NCBI RefSeq assembly: GCF_000373205.1
Contig: NZ_KB890703.1
Span: 1 to 32,000 of the forward strand
Length of the DNA stretch: 32,000 nucleotides
Reading direction: 5' to 3'
From: Calidithermus timidus DSM 17022
Lineage (GTDB): Bacteria > Deinococcota > Deinococci > Deinococcales > Thermaceae
Within the stretch, counting starts at the first letter, position 1. The number at the start of each line of letters is the position of its first letter. Positions 23,372 to 32,000 of this stretch are shown here, in pieces. Below the pieces are notes generated by a model. That model made no database searches. It was not told the DNA's origin and saw only the letters and a program-made list of their open reading frames with translations. The position numbers were made by a program, and so were the translations under genes.

Positions 23372-25453
23372 ATGATCTGGAAGTTTCGCCCCTGGCCCAT
23401 ACGCTCCGAGCTCGAGCCCCTGCTGAAGCTGGGCATTCCGCCCTTGGCGGCGGCCATCTGCTACAACCGGGGCTTTCGCACCCCCCAAGACCTCGATCCT
23501 CCCCTCACCTTGCTACCCTTGCGGGGCCTGGAGGAAGCTGCCAGGCGCGTGCTGCAGGCCCTCGAGCGCGGCGAGCGCATCCGTATCCACGGCGACTACG
23601 ACGCCGACGGCCTCACCGGTACGGCGGTACTGTTGCTGGGGCTGGGTAGACTGGGGGCCGACATCCACGCCTTCGTGCCCCACCGGCTCGAGGAGGGCTA
23701 CGGCGTGCTGATGGACCGCATCCCCGAACACATCGAAGCCTGCGACCTGTTTATCACCGTAGATTGCGGTATTTCCAACCATGCCGAGCTGCGCGAGCTC
23801 ACCGAGAACGGGGTCTCGGTGCTGGTCACCGACCACCACAGCCCGGGGCAGGTCCACCCTCCGGGCATCCTCGTCCACCCCATGCTCACCCCGGAACTCG
23901 AGGGCCAGCCCCACCCCACCGGTTCGGGTGTGGCCTTCTTGTTGCTGTGGAAGATCTACGAGATGCTGGGCAAGCCCGCTCCCATCGAGTATGCCGACCT
24001 GGCCTGCATCGGCACCATCGCCGACGTGGCCCCCTTGCGGGGCTTCAACCGGGCGCTGGTGCGGCGGGGCCTCGAGCAGCTTCGTCACAGCCAGCACCCG
24101 GGGCTGGCCGCCCTGGCTGCTGAGCACTGCAAGAGCTACAGCGCCAGCGAGGTGGCTTTCCGCATCGCTCCCCGCATCAACGCCGCCAGTCGCTTAGGGC
24201 AGGCCGAGCTGGCCCTGGAATTGCTCACTACCCGTGATCCCCTGCAAGCCCGGCCCCTCGCAGATGCCCTCTCCCTGCTCAACGCCCGACGCCAGCGCAT
24301 CGAGGAGGAGATGCTGCAGCGTATCTGGCCCACCCTCGACCCCGATGCCCCTGCGCTGGTCATCGAAGACGCCAGCGGCCATCCCGGCGTGATGGGCATC
24401 GTGGCCAGCCGGGTGCTCGAGGCCTTCTACAAGCCGGTGTTCATCATCGCCGGGGGCAAGGGTAGCGTGCGCAGCACCCCCGGCATCAGCGCGGTCGGGG
24501 CGCTGCGCTTTGCCGCTTCCCACCTCGAGCGCTACGGCGGTCACGCCCAGGCCGCCGGATTTGCCATCGCCGAAGGGCACATCCCGGCCTTCCGCGAGGC
24601 CATCTATGCCTACGCCTCCCAGTTTCCTCCGCCCCAGCCACTGATCGAGCTCGACGGGGTGTTGGAGGGGGAAGACCTGGAGGCTCTCTACGCCGCTTTG
24701 CAGCTGCTCGAGCCCTACGGTGAGGGTAACCCTGAGCCGTTGTTCTTGTTCAGCGGCAAGCCCGAGAGCGTGCGCACCATGGGCGAGGGCGGCAAGCACC
24801 TGTCGTTTCGCCTGGGCGGTTTGCGGGTGGTCAAGTGGAAGGACAACGGCGAACGTCTGCCCACCGGAGAGATCGAACTTGCCGCCAGCCTGACCCACAA
24901 CGACTGGAACGGAGAGCGTAGCCTCGAGCTGCGCGCCGTGGCCTACCGCGAGGCGGGACAGGCTCGAAGCTGGATTCGGCCCCGGCCCTTCAGGCTCGCC
25001 CTCCAGGAAGTGTTGCAAAGCAAAGCCCCCGTTTTTGTCGGCGCAGAGGGGGCTTGGTGGTTTGTCGATCGGGGTGTTCCGGTGGTGAGTGCCGCGCAGG
25101 CTGTCTACTGGTTTGCCCTGCCCGCAGAGCCTGTGCGGATGGAGGTGGACGATCCCCTATCGGGACAGCCTATGGCTGTGCACCAACAGGACGATCCCCT
25201 ATCGGGACAGCCTATGGCTGTGCACCAACAGGACGATCCCCTTCGGGACGGAGCGAGCTCCGTGCACCAGGGGGTTCGCTTAGCCCTAAGCGAGAAAGCC
25301 TTGGAGGCCCTGCGTCGGGAGGCCCAGGCTTACGGCCTGGAGGGATTGGCTAAAAATCTGATTTTTGCTTACCAGTATGGCCACCCCCAATTGCTCGCCG
25401 ATGCCCTGGAAGCGTGGTGGGATCTTACAAAACCGCTGACTTGCACTTCGTAA
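23372..25453 (+). CDS. recJ: Single-stranded-DNA-specific 5'-3' exonuclease RecJ
   Basis: DHH motifs are present (IHGDYDADGLTG, ITVDCGI, VTDHH) along with DHHA1 (GGHAQAAGF). I prefer ATG 23372; the track start at 23339 is a TTG overlapping the upstream stop. The C-terminal region contains an in-frame 42-bp tandem duplication. Confidence 0.9.
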   Translation: MIWKFRPWPIRSELEPLLKLGIPPLAAAICYNRGFRTPQDLDPPLTLLPLRGLEEAARRVLQALERGERIRIHGDYDADGLTGTAVLLLGLGRLGADIHAFVPHRLEEGYGVLMDRIPEHIEACDLFITVDCGISNHAELRELTENGVSVLVTDHHSPGQVHPPGILVHPMLTPELEGQPHPTGSGVAFLLLWKIYEMLGKPAPIEYADLACIGTIADVAPLRGFNRALVRRGLEQLRHSQHPGLAALAAEHCKSYSASEVAFRIAPRINAASRLGQAELALELLTTRDPLQARPLADALSLLNARRQRIEEEMLQRIWPTLDPDAPALVIEDASGHPGVMGIVASRVLEAFYKPVFIIAGGKGSVRSTPGISAVGALRFAASHLERYGGHAQAAGFAIAEGHIPAFREAIYAYASQFPPPQPLIELDGVLEGEDLEALYAALQLLEPYGEGNPEPLFLFSGKPESVRTMGEGGKHLSFRLGGLRVVKWKDNGERLPTGEIELAASLTHNDWNGERSLELRAVAYREAGQARSWIRPRPFRLALQEVLQSKAPVFVGAEGAWWFVDRGVPVVSAAQAVYWFALPAEPVRMEVDDPLSGQPMAVHQQDDPLSGQPMAVHQQDDPLRDGASSVHQGVRLALSEKALEALRREAQAYGLEGLAKNLIFAYQYGHPQLLADALEAWWDLTKPLTCTS
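25148..25250 (+). repeat. Perfect 42-bp tandem duplication plus a partial third copy inside recJ
   Basis: GACGATCCCCTATCGGGACAGCCTATGGCTGTGCACCAACAG occurs at 25148-25189 and again at 25190-25231, identically. A diverged partial copy starts at 25232. The encoded peptide is DDPLSGQPMAVHQQ x2 followed by DDPLRDG... Confidence 0.95.
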
Positions 25454-25603
25454 GTTGGTGAACCTGAATATAAGCCATTTTGTGGAACTTGACCCATGGC
25501 TGGCCCGCACACCCTATACCTATAATTAAGCCCAATATTTCTCTATCGATGGTTGCTCCTGAGAACCCTAGTTCAGCCGGATAACTCGACGGAGGTGCTG
25601 TGT

Positions 25604-26509
25604 ATGCGTGTATCGATTGGAATTGCCCGGATCGCTTCAACTTTGCTCGGGCCGACCGGCATTGGAAAGACCGCCCTGGGACGCTGGATGTGGCGCATTT
25701 ACAACGCGTTTTTGCCTAAGGGCGAGACCTGGGTGAGGGTGCACGGCCAGAGGATGTGGCTCAACCTCGACGACCGCACCCAACTCAGCATCGCCGTAGG
25801 GACGCACGAGAAGGAGGCATTCGAGCTGTTTTGTGCCATGATCAGGCCCGGCCAGACTGTGGTGGACGTTGGGGCCAACGTGGGCTTCTACACCCTGGCA
25901 GCAGCGCGGGCGGTGGGGCCACGGGGCCGGGTGATCGCCTTTGAGCCTGAGCCCAACAACTGTGAGCGCATTCGGCGCAACCTCGAGGCCAACGGCCATC
26001 GCAACGTGACGCTATGCCAGATGGCGGTGAGCGACCGCTCAGGGCGGGCCGAGCTTTTCCTGGGCAGCGATTGCGGCATCCACTCGCTGTTGCGGGAGCG
26101 GGCTTCGGGGGAGGCCCTCGAGGTGGAGATGGTTTCGCTCGACGATTATTTTGAGCGCCACGACCTGACCCCCGACCTGATCAAGATCGACGCCGAGGGT
26201 GTGGAGCTCCAGGTGCTACACGGCATGCAGCGCACCCTGGCCCGGCATCCCAACGTAGCCGTGATCTGCGAAATCTACGACCCCAACCCGCAGACCGTGC
26301 GCCGCAAGAAGGCCGAGGCGGCGGCTTTGCTCGAGGCCTACGGTCTGCGCGTCAATGAGGCCGTGGTTTATGAAGCCAGTACCCTGATCTATGCCAGCAA
26401 GCAGCCTTCCCCCTCCGTGCAACCAAGGGCGAAGCTCGGGGACTCCGCCTTGGTTGCGCTGCTCGAGCCCTGGTGGGAGAGCACCGCTTACATCTTGCTC
26501 CCGCTCTGA
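25604..26509 (+). CDS. FkbM family SAM-dependent methyltransferase
   Basis: ATG 25604 lies 6 nt after GGAGGTG (25591-25597). The protein contains VVDVGANVGFYTLAAA...VIAFEPEPNN...IKIDAEGVELQVLHGM, the FkbM signature. Confidence 0.8.
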   Translation: MRVSIGIARIASTLLGPTGIGKTALGRWMWRIYNAFLPKGETWVRVHGQRMWLNLDDRTQLSIAVGTHEKEAFELFCAMIRPGQTVVDVGANVGFYTLAAARAVGPRGRVIAFEPEPNNCERIRRNLEANGHRNVTLCQMAVSDRSGRAELFLGSDCGIHSLLRERASGEALEVEMVSLDDYFERHDLTPDLIKIDAEGVELQVLHGMQRTLARHPNVAVICEIYDPNPQTVRRKKAEAAALLEAYGLRVNEAVVYEASTLIYASKQPSPSVQPRAKLGDSALVALLEPWWESTAYILLPL

Positions 26510-26530
26510 TCCGCTTTGAGTTGGCGGGCT

Positions 26531-27025
26531 TCAGGGTTGGCCGTAGGGGAAGATGGGGTCGCAGTCGCTGGCAGTGCTGGGAAGCATGGTGCTGCTCGCT
26601 TTCACGAAGCCGTTGGTCTGGTCGAGGTTATAACCCCTTATCCACACCTGCTTTTCGGTGGGCGTGACCACGATGGCGGGTAAAGCCTGCCCCTTGCGCT
26701 GCACCTTGTTGTCCCCGTTGGTGTCGAGCGCGATGAACCCCACCAACTTCGGCCCGTTTGAGAAGAGATCGAAGGCATCGAGTTCACCGGCTTTGTTGGC
26801 CGGATCGGCGCTGGGATCGCTGACGCCGGGCTCCGTGACCCATACTTCGAGCTTGGTGATCAGGCCCTTGGCATCGAAGCGGAAGTCTACGATGGTGTCG
26901 CGGTCGGTGCAGAAGGTGGCTTGGGTTTCTAGGTTGCTGATCGTGGGGGGCACGGGCCGCACTTCGATGATGCCGCAGCCGCTGATCAGCGCTGCCATAG
27001 CAGGGATGGCCAGAAATTTCCTCAT
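26531..27025 (-). CDS. Hypothetical lipoprotein
   Basis: ATG 27023-27025 follows AAGGTGA. The protein begins MRKFLAIPAMAALISGC with lipobox L-I-S-G-C. No family recognised. Confidence 0.6.
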   Translation of the reverse strand: MRKFLAIPAMAALISGCGIIEVRPVPPTISNLETQATFCTDRDTIVDFRFDAKGLITKLEVWVTEPGVSDPSADPANKAGELDAFDLFSNGPKLVGFIALDTNGDNKVQRKGQALPAIVVTPTEKQVWIRGYNLDQTNGFVKASSTMLPSTASDCDPIFPYGQP

Positions 27026-27060
27026 AGATCTCACCTTATTGGCGCTTCATGAACGCGGGG

Positions 27061-27726
27061 TTAGGGGGGATTAAGTTGCCCTGGCTGTATCCGCTCCAGC
27101 CACTCGGCCTCGCCTCGGAGATTGGCTCTGGCTGCTGCCTCGAGCCCACGGAACACCTGGGTGACGTAGATTTTGGGGCGAGAGAGGAAGGAGCGAAGCA
27201 CCCTCAGACGCCCAGCCTGGTAAGCCTCTGGCGGCATCCAGGCATATTCCTGGCGGATGGCGCGGCTGTACCTCTGGTACACCCTGCCCTCAGACCCCAG
27301 GATGCTCAGGTCGGCGTCGAGGAGCAACTGGGTGGTGGGATCGTCGGAGAGGTGGGCTTTGGTGGCCAGCACCATATCGCCGACCCGACGGGCCAGTTCG
27401 GCGTCGAGGGGCTCGAGCGCGCGCCAGGCCACTTCGGCGCTTTTTTCCTCGTTGTCGCCGCGTGTGGTGTCGTAGACGGCGTCGTGAAACCACACCGCCA
27501 GCTCCAGCGCGGCCTGCTCGGCTACGGGATGGGGCTCGAGCAGGCTGAGCAGCGACTCGATATGGGAGAGGTTGTGATAGCTGCGGTGGGGCTCGCCGTA
27601 GCGCCGCAGCAGGTCGTTGAGCAGGTCGAAGTGAATCTCTTCCGGGGCCTTCAGGGTGTGCATGAGAGCGTTCCAGCGCCGGATGAGGCGCTTACGCCCG
27701 CTGTTGCCGAGGATAAAAAGCGCCAC
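27061..27726 (-). CDS. HD-domain metal-dependent phosphohydrolase-like protein (COG4339-like)
   Basis: 221 aa with ...YHNLSHIESLL... and ...AVWFHDAVYD... (the H...HD pair). GTG start 14 nt downstream of the valS stop, so it is probably co-transcribed. Confidence 0.65.
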   Translation of the reverse strand: MALFILGNSGRKRLIRRWNALMHTLKAPEEIHFDLLNDLLRRYGEPHRSYHNLSHIESLLSLLEPHPVAEQAALELAVWFHDAVYDTTRGDNEEKSAEVAWRALEPLDAELARRVGDMVLATKAHLSDDPTTQLLLDADLSILGSEGRVYQRYSRAIRQEYAWMPPEAYQAGRLRVLRSFLSRPKIYVTQVFRGLEAAARANLRGEAEWLERIQPGQLNPP

Positions 27727-27740
27727 GAATCCTTTTTCCG

Positions 27741-30362
27741 CTAGCCCAACCGCTCGAGGTTGGTCCGGATGCGCTCGAGCTGGGCTTTGTGTTCAGCCAG
27801 CCGTTCGCGCTCGGCCTCGACCACCTCGGGCTTGGCCCGCTCTACGAAGCCTGGGTTGGCGAGCTTGGCTTCGGCCTGGGCTACCAGCCTTTCCAGCTCG
27901 GCAAGCCGCTTTTTCTGGCGCTCGAGGAAGCCCTCGAGGTCGCCTTCGGGGCGCAGGTACACCGTTGTGGCCGAGGTTGCCTGGGCGATGGCTTTATCAG
28001 GGGTTCCGAGCGTGGCTTCGGCCTTGCTCAAAAAGCGGAACAGGGGCAGATTTTCCATCACCAAGCTGGCTCCAGGCCCGTCCAGGTGCACCCGGATCTC
28101 CTGTTGGGGCGCTATGCCCAGCTCTGAGCGCAGGTTGCGGGTCGCGGTGATGCTCTGCTGCAGGGTCTCGAAGGCCCGCTCGGCCTCGAGGTCGCGCCCG
28201 CCGGGGGTGGGCCACTCCTGCAGGGCAAGCTGCTTGGGATCGCCGGTCAGCGCCTCGTACAGCTCGGAGGTGATGAAGGGCATGATGGGGTGCAGCAGCT
28301 TGAGCAGCGTGGCGAGGGTGGTCTCGAGGGTCTTCATCGTCGCCTGGTTGCCCTCGCGCAACGCGGGCTTGGCCGCTTCGAGGTACCAGTCGCAGAACTC
28401 GCTCCACACCAACTCGTAGATCAGGCGGGCCGCGCGTCCTAGGTCGTAGGCCTCGTACGCTTCGGTGATCTCAGCGATGCCACGGTTGAGGCGAGAGCTC
28501 ATCCAGCGGTCGGCCAGCGTCAGCTTTTCGTGTTTTGCGCTTTGCGTCTGACCTATGGAGCTCTTGTTCATCAGCACGAAGCGCGCTGCGTTGTAGAGCT
28601 TGTTGGCAAAGTTACGCCCCTGCTCGTAGCGCCGCTCGTCGTGGCGGATGTCCTGTCCGCCGGTGGCCAGGTAGTCCCAGGCGAAGCGGCAGGCGTCGGC
28701 TCCGTACTTGTCGATGAGCTCGAGCGGGTCGATGCCGTTGCCCTTGCTCTTCGACATCTTCTGGCCTTTGGCGTCGAGGTAGAGGCCGTGGAGCACGATG
28801 GTGTGGAAGGGGGCTTTGCCGGTGAACTGATAGCCCGACATCTGCATGCGGGCCACCCAGAAGAAGAGGATGTCGTAGCCCGTCACCAGCACGTCGGTGG
28901 GGTAGAACTTTTTGAGGTCGGGGGTCTCGTCAGGCCAACCCAGGGTGGAAAAGGGCCACAGCGCCGAGGAGAACCAGGTGTCGAACACGTCGGGATCGCG
29001 CCGGAGCTTGAGCCCTGCGTAGCGGGGGTCTTGGTCGCAGTCGAGATCGGGGTTTTCGGGGTCAGGCACGTAGATATTGCCCTCCTCGTCGTACCAGGCC
29101 GGGATCTGGTGACCCCACCAGATCTGCCGCCCGATGGCCCAGTCGCGGATGTTCTCCAGCCAGTCGCGGTTGACCTTCTCCCAGCGCTCGGGAACCAGGC
29201 GCATCTCGCCGCGCTCGAGCCCCTCGAGCACCTTCTGGGCCACCGGCTTCATGCGCACGAACCACTGCTCAAGCAGCATCGGTTCGATGGGCTCCTTGGT
29301 GCGTTCGGAGAGGGGAAGCTGCACGGTGTGGGTCTCTACGCCCTTGAGGTAGCCCTCCTCCTCGAGCCGCCGGGCCACCTTTTCGCGGGCCTCGAAGCGG
29401 TCGAGGCCGCGGAACTCCTCGGGTACCAGCTCGCCCGTCAGCCGCGCATTTAGGTCGATGACGCTGGGCATCTCGAGACCGTGCCGCAGGCCGATCTCGA
29501 AGTCAGCGGGGTCGTGGGCCGGGGTGATCTTGAGCGCGCCAGTACCGAACCCACGCTCTACGGCTTCGTCGGCGATGATCGGGATGAAGCGGTCGGTGAG
29601 GGGGATGCGCACCCGACGGCCCACCAGGCCTTTGTAGCGCTCGTCTTCGGGGTGCACCGCCACCGCCACGTCGGCAAAGATGGTCTCGGGGCGCTGGGTG
29701 GCGATCTGAATACCTCCCTCGCCGTCCTCGAAGGGGTACTCGAGCACCCAGAGCTGGCTCTGACGCTCCTCGCGGTCGACCTCGAGGTCAGAGAGCACCG
29801 TCTGGGCCACCGGATCCCAGTTGACGATGCGCTTGCCGCGGTAGGCCAGGCCCTGGTGGTAGTACTCTACGAAGCTGCGCCGCACCGCGCGGGAGAGGCC
29901 AGAGTCCATGGTGAAGCGCTCGCGGCTCCAGTCGCAGCTCGCCCCGATGCGGCGGAGCTGGTAGAGGATGGTGCCGCCGTTCTTCTCCTTGAAGTCCCAC
30001 ACCCTCTCCAAAAACTTCTCCCGGCCCAGGTCGTGGCGGCTTTTGCCCTCCTTGGCCAGCTCGCGCTCGACGAGCACCTGGGTGGTGATGCCGGCGTGGT
30101 CGGTGCCGGGGAGGTAGAGCGCCTCGTAGCCCTGCATGCGCTTGAAGCGGATGAGGGTGTCGATGATGGTGTTGTCGAGCGCGTGTCCCAGGTGCAGGTT
30201 GCCGGTCACGTTGGGCGGGGGGATCACGATGGTGAAGGGCCCTTTGCCCTTGCCCGCGTTGAGCTCGGGCCGCAAGGGGTTTTGGGCCCACTCCTCGGCC
30301 CAGCGGGGCTCCACGGCTTGGGGGTCGTATGCCTTGGGCAGTTCCTTGGTGGCTTGACTCAT
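27741..30362 (-). CDS. valS: Valine--tRNA ligase
   Basis: 873 aa with PPPNVTGNLHLGHAL (HIGH), KMSKSKGN (KMSKS), an editing-domain insert and a C-terminal coiled coil. AAGGAG lies upstream of the ATG at 30360-30362. Confidence 0.97.
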   Translation of the reverse strand: MSQATKELPKAYDPQAVEPRWAEEWAQNPLRPELNAGKGKGPFTIVIPPPNVTGNLHLGHALDNTIIDTLIRFKRMQGYEALYLPGTDHAGITTQVLVERELAKEGKSRHDLGREKFLERVWDFKEKNGGTILYQLRRIGASCDWSRERFTMDSGLSRAVRRSFVEYYHQGLAYRGKRIVNWDPVAQTVLSDLEVDREERQSQLWVLEYPFEDGEGGIQIATQRPETIFADVAVAVHPEDERYKGLVGRRVRIPLTDRFIPIIADEAVERGFGTGALKITPAHDPADFEIGLRHGLEMPSVIDLNARLTGELVPEEFRGLDRFEAREKVARRLEEEGYLKGVETHTVQLPLSERTKEPIEPMLLEQWFVRMKPVAQKVLEGLERGEMRLVPERWEKVNRDWLENIRDWAIGRQIWWGHQIPAWYDEEGNIYVPDPENPDLDCDQDPRYAGLKLRRDPDVFDTWFSSALWPFSTLGWPDETPDLKKFYPTDVLVTGYDILFFWVARMQMSGYQFTGKAPFHTIVLHGLYLDAKGQKMSKSKGNGIDPLELIDKYGADACRFAWDYLATGGQDIRHDERRYEQGRNFANKLYNAARFVLMNKSSIGQTQSAKHEKLTLADRWMSSRLNRGIAEITEAYEAYDLGRAARLIYELVWSEFCDWYLEAAKPALREGNQATMKTLETTLATLLKLLHPIMPFITSELYEALTGDPKQLALQEWPTPGGRDLEAERAFETLQQSITATRNLRSELGIAPQQEIRVHLDGPGASLVMENLPLFRFLSKAEATLGTPDKAIAQATSATTVYLRPEGDLEGFLERQKKRLAELERLVAQAEAKLANPGFVERAKPEVVEAERERLAEHKAQLERIRTNLERLG

Positions 30363-30418
30363 AGTCGCTCCTTAAAGTCTTTGATGGGCGTGGAGCGGTG
30401 GCGGTAGGTTAGGCCGCC

Positions 30419-30455
30419 AAACAAAAAACGCCCATGCAAGCTTTCTGCACGGACG
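30419..30455 (-). terminator. Intrinsic terminator of the T-box leader
   Basis: Minus strand CGUCCGUGCA-GAAAGCU-UGCAUGGGCG forms a 10-bp stem with two G-U pairs (30446-30455 / 30429-30438), followed by UUUUUUGUUU (30419-30428). Its 5' arm lies just after the T-box sequence, as expected for the antiterminator/terminator switch. Confidence 0.8.
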
Positions 30456-30672
30456 AGGAAAATCCCCGCGGTACCACCGCGCTTCCCGGCCACACAGCCA
30501 GGCACTCGGATGTGCTGTGACGGGCACTCCCGGCAGGCTCTACTGGGCGCTAAGCCGTTCTTCCTGCTGACTCGCGGGCGACCTTCGGCCTCCCTTCTCC
30601 AGACCGCCTTCCAGCCGATGAGCGGTCCTCTCTGGGGAGTGCGGGGGAAACCTACTCCTCCCGGTCAACGTC
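30419..30672 (-). promoter_or_regulatory. T-box riboswitch leader of valS
   Basis: Read on the minus strand. AGUA box within GGAGGAGUAGG (30651-30660). AG-bay CCAGAGAGG (30627-30635). GAAG-GUC-G in specifier position (GUC = 30580-30582). T-box core GGUGGUACCGCG (30467-30478). A terminator hairpin follows (see the next feature). Confidence 0.8.
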
Positions 30673-30815
30673 TGGTTCAAGTATACACGAGGCTTTGTGT
30701 GGCCGGGGAGCGTCAGAAGCCCCTCGGCTATGAGCCAGGGGGCTGTGGCGTGGGATCGAGGCTAATGTGAGCTTTCCCGCCTTCGGTTGTCCCTTTGCTC
30801 ACTATCCTTAGAAGG

Positions 30816-31865
30816 ATGAGTGGCGTGAGTGAAGCCTCGGTGCTCGAGGCTCTGAGAACTGTAAATGATCCCGAGCTGCACAAGGACTTGGTCAGCCTCG
30901 GGATGGTCGAGAAGGTGGTGGTCGAGGGGAACAGGGTAGGGGTCAGGATCAACCTGACCACACCCGCCTGCCCGCTCAAGGGCCAGATTGAGACCGAGGT
31001 GCGGGCCGCTCTGGCCCGCATCGGCGTGGATGAGCTCGAGCTGCACTTCGGTGCGAGCGTGCGCGCCCCGCAGAACCTGCCCCTGCCGGGCATCAAGCAC
31101 GTGGTGGCGATTGCCTCGGGCAAGGGCGGGGTAGGCAAGAGCACGGTAGCCGCCAACCTGGCGGTGGCCTTGGCGCAGGAGGGAGCCGCGGTAGGGCTGC
31201 TCGACGCCGACATCTATGGCCCCTCGCAGGCCCAGATGTTCGGCACGCAGACCCAGAAGCTCATGGTGGACGAGCAAAAGCGCATCGTGCCGCTCGAGCG
31301 TTATGGCATCAAGCTCGTCACCATCGCCAACATCGTTCCACCGGGGCAGGCCATGGTGTGGCGTGGCCCCATCCTGCACGGCACCCTCAGGCAATTCCTG
31401 CACGAGGTAGCCTGGGGCGAGCTCGATTACCTGATCGTGGACATGCCCCCGGGCACCGGCGACGTGCAGCTCTCGCTGGCTCAGCTGACCAAGGTCTCGG
31501 GCGGGGTGATCGTGACCACGCCACAGGACGTGGCCCGCATCGACGCCGAGCGCGCGGCGGACATGTTCAAGCGGGTGCAGGTGCCACTGCTGGGCGTGAT
31601 CGAGAACATGTCCTACTTCGAGCAGGGGGGAGAGCGGATCCACATCTTTGGCCAGGGGGGTGGGCGCAGGATGGCCGAGGCCTACAAGACGGCTTTCCTG
31701 GGTGAGATCCCCATCGCCGTAGCCGTGCGTGAGGCCAGCGACGCCGGGATTCCGGTGGTGCTCTCGGCTCCCCATAGCCCCGAAGCCCAGGCCCTGCGCG
31801 GGGTGGCCCGGGCGCTGGCTGGACAGCTGTCGGTACAAAGCTACATGCTCCTGCCCATGGCGTGA
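30816..31865 (+). CDS. apbC: Mrp/NBP35 (ApbC) family Fe-S cluster carrier ATPase
   Basis: An N-terminal DUF59-like segment (VLEALRTVNDPELHKDLVSLGMV) is followed by the deviant Walker A IASGKGGVGKST and a downstream ...DMPPGTGD... I prefer ATG 30816; the track start is a TTG at 30795. Confidence 0.85.
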   Translation: MSGVSEASVLEALRTVNDPELHKDLVSLGMVEKVVVEGNRVGVRINLTTPACPLKGQIETEVRAALARIGVDELELHFGASVRAPQNLPLPGIKHVVAIASGKGGVGKSTVAANLAVALAQEGAAVGLLDADIYGPSQAQMFGTQTQKLMVDEQKRIVPLERYGIKLVTIANIVPPGQAMVWRGPILHGTLRQFLHEVAWGELDYLIVDMPPGTGDVQLSLAQLTKVSGGVIVTTPQDVARIDAERAADMFKRVQVPLLGVIENMSYFEQGGERIHIFGQGGGRRMAEAYKTAFLGEIPIAVAVREASDAGIPVVLSAPHSPEAQALRGVARALAGQLSVQSYMLLPMA

Positions 31866-31907
31866 TGGGACTGAAGATGCGGTCGTGGCTTTGGGAAGGG
31901 GAGGAGC

Positions 31908-32000
31908 GATGATAGGCCTGGGCGACACCAAGCTGAGAATTCTCGAGCACCTGCGGCAATCCCCAGCTACCGTCGCCGAGCTCTCCGAGCGCATGGGCAT
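31908..32000 (+). CDS. Winged-helix (ArsR/SufR-like) transcriptional regulator, N-terminal 31 codons (runs off the window)
   Basis: ATG 31908 follows GGGGAGGAG (31897-31905). MIGLGDTKLRILEHLRQSPATVAELSERMG is a typical wHTH N-terminus. Not in the ORF track because it is truncated. Confidence 0.5.

Noticed and set aside
25148-25250. CRISPR array.
   Set aside because: The 42-bp units are directly adjacent with no spacers, there are only 2.4 copies, and they are in frame inside recJ. No other regularly spaced repeats were seen in the window.
30510-30770. An 86-aa plus-strand ORF between valS and apbC.
   Set aside because: It is covered by the minus-strand T-box leader with all of its conserved elements, and it has no SD and no recognisable protein features.

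Overview
High-G+C chromosomal segment that looks like a member of the Thermaceae (Thermus/Meiothermus-like EF-Tu and ribosomal proteins; this is judged from memory, no search was run). About 26 kb is ordinary core genome. It starts with tuf(3' part)-rpmG-secE-nusG-rplK-rplA. Next come hrpB plus an abutting Uma2 nuclease, gnd, an m5U RNA methyltransferase, a TSUP permease, an M19 dipeptidase, a GAF/HD-GYP protein, an S41 peptidase, mgsA and hisA. After the insert come a LapA-like membrane protein, recJ, an FkbM methyltransferase, a lipoprotein, an HD-domain protein, valS with a T-box leader, apbC/mrp and the start of an HTH regulator. The accessory part is a ~6.25-kb single-strand-oriented insert at about 16762-23015, between the hisA terminator and the lapA-like/recJ genes. 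It carries a complete Ff-type filamentous-phage (inovirus) gene train: Rep_trans-like initiator, gV-like protein, three tiny hydrophobic ORFs, major coat protein, pIII-like adsorption protein, pVI-like protein and Zot/pI ATPase. At its distal end sits an IS110-family DEDD/Ser recombinase. The 144-nt gap upstream of the recombinase has the layout of an IS110/IS621 bridge RNA: two internal loops, each with a conserved distal hairpin. The four guide segments match the host DNA on both sides of the insert and the two termini of the whole prophage, around a shared CT/AG core dinucleotide. They do not match the ends of an IS-sized unit. I therefore propose a filamentous phage whose integration is programmed by a bridge RNA, with a TTGACA-17-TACACA promoter for the replication gene that forms only on circularisation. 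No rRNA, tRNA or CRISPR array was seen. Many long ORFs in the track are antisense shadow ORFs typical of high-GC DNA and were not called.
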